This document shows, piece by piece, positions 48,374 to 58,035 of a DNA stretch of 64,000 nucleotides. How positions within the stretch are numbered: position 1 is the first letter of the stretch; every line of letters begins with the position of its first letter. Origin of the DNA: Pseudomonadota bacterium (GTDB taxonomy: Bacteria; Bdellovibrionota_F; JAHFAK01; JBDREC01). The notes beneath the pieces were generated by a model that made no database searches, was not told the origin of the DNA, and saw only the letters and a program-made list of their open reading frames with translations. Location of the stretch: contig JBDREC010000041.1 in NCBI GenBank assembly GCA_043820105.1, forward strand, positions 1 through 64,000, in the 5' to 3' direction. The translations under genes were made by a program, and so were the position numbers.

Positions 48374-50644
48374 TTACAAGCCATCAACCTTAGCTATATT
48401 ATCAGTACAATATTGATCCCACCTGGCTTTTGTATTTGTTGAAGATTTATTTTCATCGCGGTCAGTATCTTTAATATTTTCAGAAACCATTCTTTGTAAA
48501 TATACAAATTGCTCTTTAATATGTTCTATGGATCCACATCTAAATACAACAGCTCTATTCTTGGCTCTTATAATTCTAAGCTTACGACCCTTGGCATCTT
48601 TTTCAGCATCATCAATTAAATTAAATTCACCATATGTAATTGATAAAATCTTTTCTTTATTAAGCTTACTTGTTTGGTTTTCAATTTCAGCAATTAAAAT
48701 ATCATAAAAATGGCTGGCTCTTTTATTTCCAAGGTCAAGATTATACAAGAATGAGCTTGTCATTGAAGTATGACCTTCTATAAAAAGATACATTTCATTG
48801 TCCTGACAGGTTTTTGCAAACTCATAACCAAATGTTTGAATCTGATTTACAGAATCTTCTTTTGTTTCTTTTGGCAAATTTCCATCTTCAAGCAATTTCC
48901 ATTCACCTGGTTTAAAAGTATCAACTAGCAATATATAGTCTCTTGCGTAAATTCCCAGGTCCACAGCGTCATCTGAGCTTTGATCAATTGAATTACATTT
49001 CACAACAATGTTATCTTTATCAGTCATAGAGACAAGTAGTTCAGTAATTTGCGCCTCTCCCTCTGGAAAGTACAATCTTCCAACATAGCCAACATATTCT
49101 TCATTCTTCGCAATATCCTGATGTTCAACAGCAGGAACAATAATTCCTTTTTCTGCAAAATATTCCTTATATTCACCAAACCATATTGAAAAACTTTGTT
49201 TGTCTTCAATGTTTATTGAATATAGTTTATCCATAATTACCTTGAGCTCTGCAGAATCAAAGTATGACCTAATATTAGCTGGACAAAGATTAGAAACCAG
49301 CATTTTTTTCAAAGCTTCTTCTGCTTTCTTGGCTCGCTGCTCCTCATCTTTTGCTTTTTGCTCAGCATCATCTGCTCTTTGTCCTTCATCATCGGCTCTT
49401 TTTCTTTGTTCCTGGGCCTGCCTTTCTGCCTCTTCTACTCTTTTCTTTTCTTCCTCATATAGTCTATTTAATTCTTCATATTTCTTTTGTAATCTTTCTA
49501 ACTCTTTTTGTGTTTCATCTAGCTTTTCAGTCAAAGCTTTCTTCTGGTCTTCACTAACCCTTTTTAATTCTTCAAGTTGAGATCTAAGCTCCTCTTTCTC
49601 AGCTTCAAGTTGTCTGTTGACTTCCTCTAATGCCAGTTTTGCTTCTTCCAGGTTTTTATTTGCTTCTTCTAAGTCTCTGGCTGTCTCTTCTGCTTTTTCT
49701 TTTTCCTTTATCGCTTCTTCAAGTTCTCTTTTTGCTACAGCCAACTCTTCTTCTGCTTTTTTTACTTTTTCTTCTAAAACTTTCTTTTCCTCTTCACTTG
49801 CTCGCTTATATTGCTCAAAAGCTTCTTCAACTCTTGATTTTTCTTCTTCTAATCTCTGATTTGCCTCTTCAAGTTTTTCATTTTTATTTTCTAAATCAGC
49901 TTTTGCTTTTTGTAGTTCTTCTGCTCTTTTTCTTGCATCTTCTTCTTTTTTCTTTGCTTCTTCAAGCTGGTCTTCGGTTTCTTCTAACTTTTTCTTTAAT
50001 ACAGAAGAAAGTTCTTCATATTTTGTAGCTTCTGCTTCAGCTTCTTTTAATTTTTCTTCTAATTCTTTTTTATCTTCTAAACATTCTTCTAGACCAGTTT
50101 CACATTCTGCTAATTTTTCTTTAAGCTTTTTTGCTTCCTTTCTCTTTGCACAAGCATTTTTCCATGCTTCTTTCCAATCATCAACACAAACACAAATACC
50201 TGGGACCAGGCACCCAAAATGAACATAGTATGCGCCAGATAAATTATATCTTATAACTTCATATTTAGGAGTTGAAGAAAGCAAAATCCAATCTTCCTGG
50301 ACAGTAATATCAACATACTCGACATTGTAAGTTGAAACATACCTTGGATAGTTCGAAACATAAACAGTACCTGGAATAATAGGTCTTGGAACTATTGGAA
50401 TAATTGGTGGAACAGGTTTTATATATACATGTGGCACATAAGGTCTATATGGTCTACTATATGCTGCTCTGTAAAAAGGACCAGGTCTAAGACTTGCTGA
50501 CATAATTGCAGTATGATTTTTATAATACCTATTATTATTATGGTAATAGGGATTTGGTCCTTTACAAGAGGAAATCAAAAGAGTGCACAAAAATGCAAAG
50601 GCCCAAAAAATATTGATAAAAACAATTAATCTTGTTTTTTTCAT
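48374..50644 (-). CDS. Lipoprotein with a Pro/Tyr-rich segment, a long coiled coil and a C-terminal OmpA-like domain
   Basis: Lipobox ISSC; about 280 aa E/K heptad region; IEGHTS..YNLDLGNKRA..YGE..NRAVVF. Confidence 0.75.
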   Translation of the reverse strand: MKKTRLIVFINIFWAFAFLCTLLISSCKGPNPYYHNNNRYYKNHTAIMSASLRPGPFYRAAYSRPYRPYVPHVYIKPVPPIIPIVPRPIIPGTVYVSNYPRYVSTYNVEYVDITVQEDWILLSSTPKYEVIRYNLSGAYYVHFGCLVPGICVCVDDWKEAWKNACAKRKEAKKLKEKLAECETGLEECLEDKKELEEKLKEAEAEATKYEELSSVLKKKLEETEDQLEEAKKKEEDARKRAEELQKAKADLENKNEKLEEANQRLEEEKSRVEEAFEQYKRASEEEKKVLEEKVKKAEEELAVAKRELEEAIKEKEKAEETARDLEEANKNLEEAKLALEEVNRQLEAEKEELRSQLEELKRVSEDQKKALTEKLDETQKELERLQKKYEELNRLYEEEKKRVEEAERQAQEQRKRADDEGQRADDAEQKAKDEEQRAKKAEEALKKMLVSNLCPANIRSYFDSAELKVIMDKLYSINIEDKQSFSIWFGEYKEYFAEKGIIVPAVEHQDIAKNEEYVGYVGRLYFPEGEAQITELLVSMTDKDNIVVKCNSIDQSSDDAVDLGIYARDYILLVDTFKPGEWKLLEDGNLPKETKEDSVNQIQTFGYEFAKTCQDNEMYLFIEGHTSMTSSFLYNLDLGNKRASHFYDILIAEIENQTSKLNKEKILSITYGEFNLIDDAEKDAKGRKLRIIRAKNRAVVFRCGSIEHIKEQFVYLQRMVSENIKDTDRDENKSSTNTKARWDQYCTDNIAKVDGL

Positions 50645-50770
50645 AAGGGGTCTCCCGATTAGTGAACAAAAGTTCTAAATACACAATCCCCATATAAGGC
50701 TGAAGCACATACACATAAATTATTTAACGCGAACTGTCAAGGTAATTGTAGAACATAAAGGAAGTTATTA

Positions 50771-52210
50771 CTAATTTGCATTCTCTTCGGCAAGAATTCT
50801 TTCTTTTTCAATATTTGAAAGTGATTCTTCAGAAATGCCAGTTGGATATTCTCCAGAAAAGCAGGCATAGCAGCATTTTTGGTCATGGTACACTGATTTT
50901 AGGTCTTCAATAGTTTGATAAACCAGGGCATCAGCTCCAATATAATCTTCAATTTCCTTGTTGCCTTTACCAGAAGCAATTAGGTGTGTTTTTATTGACA
51001 TATCAATACCATAAACACATCTGCACTTTACAGGTGGAGCAGCTGAAATGAAATAAACTTCTTTTGCGCCAAAATCTTTAAGCATTTTTACGATATGCCT
51101 GGAGGTTGTTCCTCTGACTATTGAATCATCAGCCACTGCCACTTTCTTGCCTTTTATTATGTCGCGAATAGGATTTAATTTTTGTCTAACAGCTAATTCT
51201 CTTTCCTTTTGGGAAGGTAGGATAAAGCTTCTGCCAATAAAATTATTTTTTGAAAATCCCCTTCTATAAGGAACTTTTAAAACTTCAGCAAGTCCAGAGG
51301 CAAAGAAATAAGCAGAATTTGGCACATCAATAATAATATCTGGATTAAGACCTCTTGTTTTAATTCTTTCAGCCAATATTTTACCCATTTTCACGCGCTC
51401 AGTTGCAACAAGCTTTTTATTAATTATTGAATCTTCTTTGGCAAAATAAATATATTCAAAAACACAGAAACTATCTCCTTGTCTATGGCATATCTTTGAA
51501 TGTATTTTCTTCTCATTATCTATAAAAACAGCTTCCCCTGGTTCTAAATCTCTAACAAGTTTATAACCCAAAAAATCAAAACAAGTAGATTCTGAACAAA
51601 AGGCATATGCTGGCCCTTTATCAGTTTCCTTCATACCCATTACAATCGGCCTAATCCCATAAGGATCTGCAAAAGCCAAAATTCCCTTATTCGCTACAAT
51701 TGTGACTGTTGAGTAAGCTCCCTCAATCATTTTTTGAGTATCTGCAACAGCGTCAAAAATATCATCAATTTCAAGATTTTTTAAATCCTTTTTTTCAAGC
51801 TGGGCAGCCAGGGTATATAAAATTAAAGCCACATCATTTGATGTATCTAAAAGGCGATGATAATCTTCAAGCAGTTTTTTTCTAATGCTTTGGAAATTGG
51901 TAACATTGCCATTATGAACCATGGCAAGGCCATAGGGATAGTTGAGAAAAAACGGTTGAACGTCAAGCTCTTCTCCTGCACCAACAGTTGAATAACGAAC
52001 ATGGCCTAAACCAATATTTCCACTTAAACGTTTAAGATTTTTTTCTTTAAAAACTGAGCTAACATAGCCAAGGCCTTTTTTTAGACGAAAAGTTTCGTCA
52101 AAAGTAACCATACCAGCTGCGTCTTGACCTCTGTGCTGTATAGAAGTCAAACCCATAAGAAGTTCTTCAGAAACATCATCATTACCATAGATGCCAAGAA
52201 TTCCGCACAT
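50771..52210 (-). CDS. purF: Amidophosphoribosyltransferase
   Basis: MCGILG, QHRGQDAAG, GHVRYST, HNGN, CVFEYIYF, DDSIVRGTT. Confidence 0.97.
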   Translation of the reverse strand: MCGILGIYGNDDVSEELLMGLTSIQHRGQDAAGMVTFDETFRLKKGLGYVSSVFKEKNLKRLSGNIGLGHVRYSTVGAGEELDVQPFFLNYPYGLAMVHNGNVTNFQSIRKKLLEDYHRLLDTSNDVALILYTLAAQLEKKDLKNLEIDDIFDAVADTQKMIEGAYSTVTIVANKGILAFADPYGIRPIVMGMKETDKGPAYAFCSESTCFDFLGYKLVRDLEPGEAVFIDNEKKIHSKICHRQGDSFCVFEYIYFAKEDSIINKKLVATERVKMGKILAERIKTRGLNPDIIIDVPNSAYFFASGLAEVLKVPYRRGFSKNNFIGRSFILPSQKERELAVRQKLNPIRDIIKGKKVAVADDSIVRGTTSRHIVKMLKDFGAKEVYFISAAPPVKCRCVYGIDMSIKTHLIASGKGNKEIEDYIGADALVYQTIEDLKSVYHDQKCCYACFSGEYPTGISEESLSNIEKERILAEENAN

Positions 52211-52230
52211 AAAAAGGCTCCGCCTTTTTG

Positions 52231-52307
52231 GTATTCAGTATTTAGTATTTAGTATTTGGTTATTAAAGCACTTACCAAATGCCAAATACTATAAACCGTA
52301 TACCGAA
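52231..52307. repeat. Inverted pair of GTATTTA/GTATTCA-family heptamer repeats
   Basis: GTATTCAGTATTTAGTATTTAGTATTTGG ... CCAAATGCCAAATACT..ATACCGAA; same family as 1-166. Confidence 0.7.
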
Positions 52308-52754
52308 TTATCTTCCGTGAATTAATATTTTATTTCCATCTTCAAATAAAACTTCGATTTTTGATCCAAGTTCTTTTATTACAAAACCTTTTCCAAAGGT
52401 TTTATGATCAATAATGTCAGCTGGCACAAATTTAGAACTAATGCTATACATTCGCACATCTTCCATAGTAGTGGCGGCAATTAATTGATGCCATTGTGAA
52501 ATTTGTTCTGTTTTTGTAGGTTTGCTTTTTGTTTTTGCAATCTTTTTACTTTTTGTTTTTTTCTCTTCTTTTTTGGCAGCTTCTTTTATACCCTTTGCAG
52601 GACGATAATTGTGCTCTGACTTACATGTCAAACATACAACTCTCGCTACTAATCCGTCTACATGCGCTACAACTCTATGACCAAGATCCATGCGACACTT
52701 TGTACAATAACAAACAAGATCTTTGCCAACTGGTGTTTTTGTTATGTCTTTCAT
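52308..52754 (-). CDS. Conserved hypothetical protein with a zinc ribbon
   Basis: CTKC..H..RVVCLTCKSEH; C-terminal HKTFGKG..KIEVLF. Confidence 0.75.
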   Translation of the reverse strand: MKDITKTPVGKDLVCYCTKCRMDLGHRVVAHVDGLVARVVCLTCKSEHNYRPAKGIKEAAKKEEKKTKSKKIAKTKSKPTKTEQISQWHQLIAATTMEDVRMYSISSKFVPADIIDHKTFGKGFVIKELGSKIEVLFEDGNKILIHGR

Positions 52755-52768
52755 TCTTTTCCTTTGTG

Positions 52769-53342
52769 TTATTTATTTTCAAACAGCTCTTTTATCACCG
52801 TACTGTAAAATTTATGTTCTACGTTTAAGCCCTTTTCTTCAACTTCAGAAAGTGTTTTACAAAAACTTAAGTCAACATCTGCTTGTTTGATGATTTTTCC
52901 TGTATCTACACCTGAGTCAACATAATGAACCGTAATTTTTGTGCGAGACATTTTTTTATTAAAGGCCCATTCATAAGCATGTGCCCCTTGATACTCTTTA
53001 GTATCAGCTGGATGAATATTAATTATTCTTCCTTTGTAATAATTTACAAATAATGGTGACAATATTCTCATAAATCCAGCCAGGATTATATAGTCAGGAT
53101 TATATTTAGCAAGAACTTCTATCATTTTTTTTTTCAAACTCTTCTCTGGATCTTTTTTTAGAGTTAACTAATTCGGTTTTTATTCCCATTTTACTGGCTA
53201 ATTCTAGCCCTTTAGCTCCTTTTTTATTTGAAAGAACACAGGATATTTCACAAACATCCTTTAAAATGCCATTTTTGGCATTTTTAGCAATAGCTATCAT
53301 GTTTGAACCGCGACCAGAGATAAGTATAGCAATTTTTTTCAC
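52769..53342 (-). pseudogene. purN: Phosphoribosylglycinamide formyltransferase split by a 1-bp frameshift in an A10 run
   Basis: N-half IAILISGRGSN (53106..53342) and C-half LAGFMRILS..INIHP..TVHYVDSGVDTGKII (52769..53137) join if T10 at 53125-53134 were T9. Confidence 0.9.
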
Positions 53343-53355
53343 GAATAGCTTCCTG

Positions 53356-53408
53356 TTGAGAATTGAAAATAATCAATAATTAATAATTAATAATTAATAA
53401 TTAATTAA
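53356..53408. repeat. (TAATTAA/TAATCAA)n repeat between purD and purN
   Basis: Direct reading. Confidence 0.75.
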
Positions 53409-53414
53409 AGATAC

Positions 53415-54662
53415 TTACAACTTATTAATCCTCATTCCAATATCTTTCCTATAATAAACATCCCTAAATTCAATCTTTTTTACTTCTTCATAAACTTTTT
53501 CTATGGCTTTTTTTAAAACTTTATCATGAGCTATAATATTAAGCACTCTTCCTCCTGAGTTGACAAGATTACCATTGTCAATCTTAGTTCCTGCATGAAA
53601 AACAAGAGAATCATTATTGAGCTTATCAAGACCGCTTATCTTAAAACCTTTTTCATATGATTTTGGATAGCCTCCTGAAGCTAAAACTACATCAACATAG
53701 TAAGCTTCATTAAACTCTATGTTTAATTTTTCAAAGTTTCCATTAAAGCAGGATAAAATTATTTCTAAGAGATCTGTTTTTAATGCAGGCAGTATTACTT
53801 CAGCTTCAGGATCACCAAAGCGCACATTATATTCTAAGACTTTGGGCCCATCTTGGGTAAGCATTAAGCCAAAATATACTATACCTACATAATCATAGAC
53901 TTCGCTTCTTAGACCTTCCATTGTTGGATTTACAATATTTTGGCAAATAAGTTCCATCATTTCTTCATTACAAAAATCTACAGGGCAAAAAGCTCCCATT
54001 CCTCCGGTATTAGGTCCTTGGTCATTTTCTAAAAGTTGTTTGTGGTCTTGTGAGGTCTGCAAGAGTTTAATTGATTTACCATCTGTAATTCCAATAATAG
54101 ACAGTTCAACACCTTCTAGCTTTTCTTCAACAAAGAATTTTGCATCTTTACCAAATGAATTTTGCATATCATTTAAGGCTAATTTTGCTTCCTCAATATT
54201 TGCACAAACATATACACCTTTTCCAGCAGCTAAGCCGTCAAATTTAATAACTACATTTCCTTGATAACCAGAGATTATATCTTCAGCGCTTTTTATGTTA
54301 TTAAATAAATGGAATTTTGCAGTTGCTACACCATATTTAGACATAAACTCTTTTGCATAAAGTTTGGAACTTTCAAGCATGGCTCCTTGCTTACTAGGCC
54401 CAAAAACAAATATTTCTTTCTCTTTAAAGTAATCATAAATACCTTCTGCTAACACTGCCTCAGGGCCTGGGATAATAAGCTTGATATCATTTTCCACACA
54501 AGCTTTTTCAATGGCTTGAAAATCACTTGGAGCAATTGCAAGGTTATTCTCAGTTCCACCATTTCCAGGTATTACAAAGACATTTGAAACAATAGGACTT
54601 TGTTTTATTTTCCATTCTAAAACATGCTCTCTTCCACCTGAGCCGATTATAGCGACATTCAT
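53415..54662 (-). CDS. purD: Phosphoribosylamine-glycine ligase
   Basis: GSGGREH, PGNGG, GPE, DGLAAGKGV, QDHK, GPNTGGMG, EYNVRFGDPE. Confidence 0.97.
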   Translation of the reverse strand: MNVAIIGSGGREHVLEWKIKQSPIVSNVFVIPGNGGTENNLAIAPSDFQAIEKACVENDIKLIIPGPEAVLAEGIYDYFKEKEIFVFGPSKQGAMLESSKLYAKEFMSKYGVATAKFHLFNNIKSAEDIISGYQGNVVIKFDGLAAGKGVYVCANIEEAKLALNDMQNSFGKDAKFFVEEKLEGVELSIIGITDGKSIKLLQTSQDHKQLLENDQGPNTGGMGAFCPVDFCNEEMMELICQNIVNPTMEGLRSEVYDYVGIVYFGLMLTQDGPKVLEYNVRFGDPEAEVILPALKTDLLEIILSCFNGNFEKLNIEFNEAYYVDVVLASGGYPKSYEKGFKISGLDKLNNDSLVFHAGTKIDNGNLVNSGGRVLNIIAHDKVLKKAIEKVYEEVKKIEFRDVYYRKDIGMRINKL

Positions 54663-56005
54663 GATATCTCCTCTAATAGCATATCACATAACTTACTTGC
54701 TTCACCTATATATTCATGAATTTTTAGAGCGTGCAATTTCTTTTTGATTTCTTTATCAACATTTAACTCGTCTATAAATGTACTTAAATCTTCATCTGTA
54801 AGTTTTTTACCTCTAGACAAACCTTTTAACATTCCATATGGATCATCAATATTTGTTGTTCTTAATATTGATTGAATTGGTTCAGCTAGAAGCTCAAGGC
54901 TATTTTGAAGCTCTTGTTTGCAGACATCAGAATTTACATCTAATTTATTTAGCCCTTTTAAGGTTTCTTTTAAGGCTAAATATGAATGAGAAAGCGCTAC
55001 CCCCATATTTCGCTGAACCGTACTATCTGAAAGATCTCTTTGCATTCTCGAGCGACAAAGTTTGTCAGATAGAAAAGAAAGCAAGGCATTAGACAACAAA
55101 AGATTTCCTTCAGCATTTTCAAAGTTAATTGGATTTACTTTATGTGGCATTGTTGAAGATCCAACCTCTTCTTCTTTTGTTTTTTCAATTAGGTACCCTC
55201 TTGAAATATATTCCCAACAATCCTGATCAAGATCAATAACAATATTATTTAGCATTCGAACAATATTAAAAAACTCGGCCCAATTATCATGACTCTCTAT
55301 TTGTGTAGTATATAAATTAGGTGCAAGCTTTAATCTTAAAACAAACTTATTAGAAAACTCTATCCAGTTATAATCAGGAAATGCAGATTTTATAGCAGAA
55401 TAATTACCAGTAGCTCCATTTAATTTTCCTGCAAAATTAATTTTTTCTAATTTAAATACTTGTTTGTGAATTCTGGATAAAAAAACAGCAAATTCTTTGC
55501 CAATTGTTGTTGGAGAAGCTTTTTGACCATGAGTTCTGGCACAAAAAACCAGGCTTTTCCATTTGCCAACCATTTCAATTAGCATATTTTCTATTTCTTT
55601 TATCTTAGGAAGGAACTCTTTTTCTAAAAACTGTTTTAAAAGAAGTGAATAAGCAAGGTTATTAACATCTTCAGAGGTTAAACCTATATGAATAATATTA
55701 TTATTTTCTAAATTTAAATAATCTTGCAGAAAAAGTTCAACTGATTTCACATCGTGATTTGTCAGCTTTTCTTTTTGTTTAATAAGCCTATAATCTTCAA
55801 TAGTAAAATCATTTATTATTCTTTTTATCTTATTTTTATTATCCGCACCAAGTATCCCAAATAATTTTGTTTCATACAAAGCAAGTATGTAGAAAGACTC
55901 AATTACAGTCCTTGCCCTCATTAAGGCAAATTCAGAAAAATAATTTCCCAGTTGTGCAATTTTGTCTTTATATCTTCCATCAAGAGGGGATATTTCGAAT
56001 TCCAT
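54659..56005 (-). CDS. purB: Adenylosuccinate lyase
   Basis: ISPLDGRY, TNHDVK, RTHGQ, GSSTMPHKVNPINFENAEGN, SRMQRDLSD. Confidence 0.97.
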   Translation of the reverse strand: MEFEISPLDGRYKDKIAQLGNYFSEFALMRARTVIESFYILALYETKLFGILGADNKNKIKRIINDFTIEDYRLIKQKEKLTNHDVKSVELFLQDYLNLENNNIIHIGLTSEDVNNLAYSLLLKQFLEKEFLPKIKEIENMLIEMVGKWKSLVFCARTHGQKASPTTIGKEFAVFLSRIHKQVFKLEKINFAGKLNGATGNYSAIKSAFPDYNWIEFSNKFVLRLKLAPNLYTTQIESHDNWAEFFNIVRMLNNIVIDLDQDCWEYISRGYLIEKTKEEEVGSSTMPHKVNPINFENAEGNLLLSNALLSFLSDKLCRSRMQRDLSDSTVQRNMGVALSHSYLALKETLKGLNKLDVNSDVCKQELQNSLELLAEPIQSILRTTNIDDPYGMLKGLSRGKKLTDEDLSTFIDELNVDKEIKKKLHALKIHEYIGEASKLCDMLLEEIS

Positions 56006-56025
56006 TAATTACTCCTTGTTGATAT

Positions 56026-56050
56026 GGTTGCTAGTTGCTGGTTGCTGGTG
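56026..56050 (-). repeat. CCAGCAA heptamer repeat (sense strand) upstream of purB
   Basis: GGTTGCTAGTTGCTGGTTGCTGGTG on +. Confidence 0.65.
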
Positions 56051-56071
56051 TGAAAAGTTATTGATGGCATT

Positions 56072-56485
56072 TTATAGGTCCTCGCTGGAAATTACTTTTA
56101 TTTTATTTTTTAATAAAAGTTTCGTTGTAATTCCCTGACCAGCAATAAGGGTTAGGTTGAAATTTCCATTATAGATTTTTTTAACACCACATGAAGGCGA
56201 ACGTTCTTGCATAATGGCTTTATCACATCCATACATAAGTGCAATTTTCAAAGTTTCTAGTGCTCCTTTTTCAAATTGAGAATTCACACAAATTCCATCC
56301 TGGTTCACTACTTTTCCATTTTTAATTTCACTTGGCTTTCTTGGTGTCGAAAGACCCCCAAGCTGCTCAGGGCAAACTAAAATCACCTTACCATCTTTGA
56401 CAAGCCTAATTACTTTTTCACTATAATTATTCACCCCATCATATCTACAATTCACACCAGCCAAACAGGCACTAACAATAATCAT
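56072..56485 (-). CDS. DUF523 / TudS-like (thiouracil desulfurase family) protein
   Basis: VSACLAGVNCRYDG, CPEQLGGLSTPR, SPSCG. Confidence 0.88.
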   Translation of the reverse strand: MIIVSACLAGVNCRYDGVNNYSEKVIRLVKDGKVILVCPEQLGGLSTPRKPSEIKNGKVVNQDGICVNSQFEKGALETLKIALMYGCDKAIMQERSPSCGVKKIYNGNFNLTLIAGQGITTKLLLKNKIKVISSEDL

Positions 56486-56511
56486 ATCTTTTCCTTAATT
56501 ACCCATCACTT

Positions 56512-56560
56512 TAACTCTTAACTCTTAACTCTTAACTCTTAACTCTTAACTCTTAACTCT
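56512..56560 (-). repeat. (TAAGAGT)x7 on the minus strand
   Basis: Abuts the stop codon of the purC-purE gene. Confidence 0.95.
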
Positions 56561-57946
56561 TCACTCAGAACTCCTAACACTTTCATCATTATGCCTTAGT
56601 TCGTCTTTCATTGTTTTTATTTCTTCATTAAATCTTTCTTTTAACCTGGGCAAATTCAAACTTCTTAATGCAGCTAAAGCTGCATTGTGGGTTTTAATAA
56701 CTGTAGCTGCTGGAACTAGTGATGGCATCATTAATGAAGAATTAATATTTAGCAATAAATCAGTCTGATCTTTAAATGGAGGACATGAAAACACAGGAAT
56801 TGACAAATTAGCAGCCAGGGCTCCACCTAAGCCATTTGAAAAACCAGCGATTGCTACAATTGCTCCAGGCTCAACTGATGTATTATAGACTTCAGCTAAA
56901 GATAAAATATCCTCGCCATTTTTATGAGCTGAACAAACTCTTATATCACTATAAATATCATATTCATTTAAATGTTTTTTTATTTTATTGGCGTGATCAA
57001 TGTCTGTGCTTGAACCCATAATTAGAATAACATATCCATCTTTAATTAGCTTATTTTTAACTAAATTATGTCTCACTCTTTGATAAACATCCTCACATAT
57101 TCCAATCTTTTTGCCTGTAATTTTCTCACAAATATATATATATCTATTCTGAGTTTCTTTGATAACCTTTTCAGGCAAAGCATTTGGATATTGGCCATCT
57201 TTTTTATTTGCAATTAACCAAAGCCGAACAAACTCTTTATCCATTTGTTCCACATTCTCAGGATCTGCCTTATATTTTTCAACATCCCAAAACCTAGATG
57301 AATCTGGGGTATGAATCTCATCAATTAAAATTAAGTCGCCATCATAAATTCCAAATTCGTATTTTGTATCGACTAAAATAATTCCTTTTTCAGAAAGAAT
57401 TTCAGTTCCTCGTTTAAATAAAGCTAGGGCTGCATTTTCCATTTGTTTATAAAGTCTTTTTCTACACAGACCTTCCATAAGAATTTGGGCTGGAGTAATT
57501 TCCCGATCTGATTCTTCTTTTGTAGTTGGAGTTAAAATTGGATTTGGAAGCTGTTGGTTTTTTGTAAGACCATCAGCTACTTCAACACCTGAAAAAATTC
57601 TTTTTCCTTTTTCATAATTTCTCCACATTGATCCTGACAAATAATTTCTAACAACCATTTCAACTCTTATTGGTTCTGCTTCTTTAACGATATTAATGCT
57701 TGGATCAATTTCCTTAAGTAAATGATTAGGTATTATGTCCTTTGTCTTTTCAAACCAAAAATTGGAAATTGTATTTAGCACAGCCCCCTTGCATGGTATA
57801 GAAGTCTTCAAAACAGAATCAAAAGCAGAAATCCGATCTGTAACTACAATCATTCTTGATTCTTTGTTAAAACGAAAACTATCACGAACCTTGCCTTTGT
57901 GAATTAGAGCTAATTGAGGAGTGGTAAAAGATGTTAAACAATTCAT
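56561..57946 (-). CDS. purCE: Bifunctional SAICAR synthetase (PurC) / AIR carboxylase (class II PurE) fusion
   Basis: N-terminal GKVRD, DRISAFD, DTKYEFG, DEIHTPDSSRFW; C-terminal IMGSSTD, SAHK, AGFSNGL, PVFSCPP. Confidence 0.9.
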   Translation of the reverse strand: MNCLTSFTTPQLALIHKGKVRDSFRFNKESRMIVVTDRISAFDSVLKTSIPCKGAVLNTISNFWFEKTKDIIPNHLLKEIDPSINIVKEAEPIRVEMVVRNYLSGSMWRNYEKGKRIFSGVEVADGLTKNQQLPNPILTPTTKEESDREITPAQILMEGLCRKRLYKQMENAALALFKRGTEILSEKGIILVDTKYEFGIYDGDLILIDEIHTPDSSRFWDVEKYKADPENVEQMDKEFVRLWLIANKKDGQYPNALPEKVIKETQNRYIYICEKITGKKIGICEDVYQRVRHNLVKNKLIKDGYVILIMGSSTDIDHANKIKKHLNEYDIYSDIRVCSAHKNGEDILSLAEVYNTSVEPGAIVAIAGFSNGLGGALAANLSIPVFSCPPFKDQTDLLLNINSSLMMPSLVPAATVIKTHNAALAALRSLNLPRLKERFNEEIKTMKDELRHNDESVRSSE

Positions 57947-57968
57947 ATTTATTCCTTATAAAAAGCAA

Positions 57969-58032
57969 AGTCATAAGTCGTATGTCGTAAGTCGTAAAAA
58001 CTTACCACTTACCACTTACCTCTTACCACTTA
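57969..58032. repeat. Inverted pair of heptamer arrays (TAAGTCG then CACTTAC on +)
   Basis: On the sense (minus) strand: TAAGTGG units after the purH stop, then CGACTTA units before the purC RBS. Confidence 0.88.
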
Positions 58033-58035
58033 TTA

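Noticed and set aside
49200-50028. Plus-strand ORFs rich in S/F/L
   Set aside because: Antisense shadows of the E/K-rich coiled-coil gene
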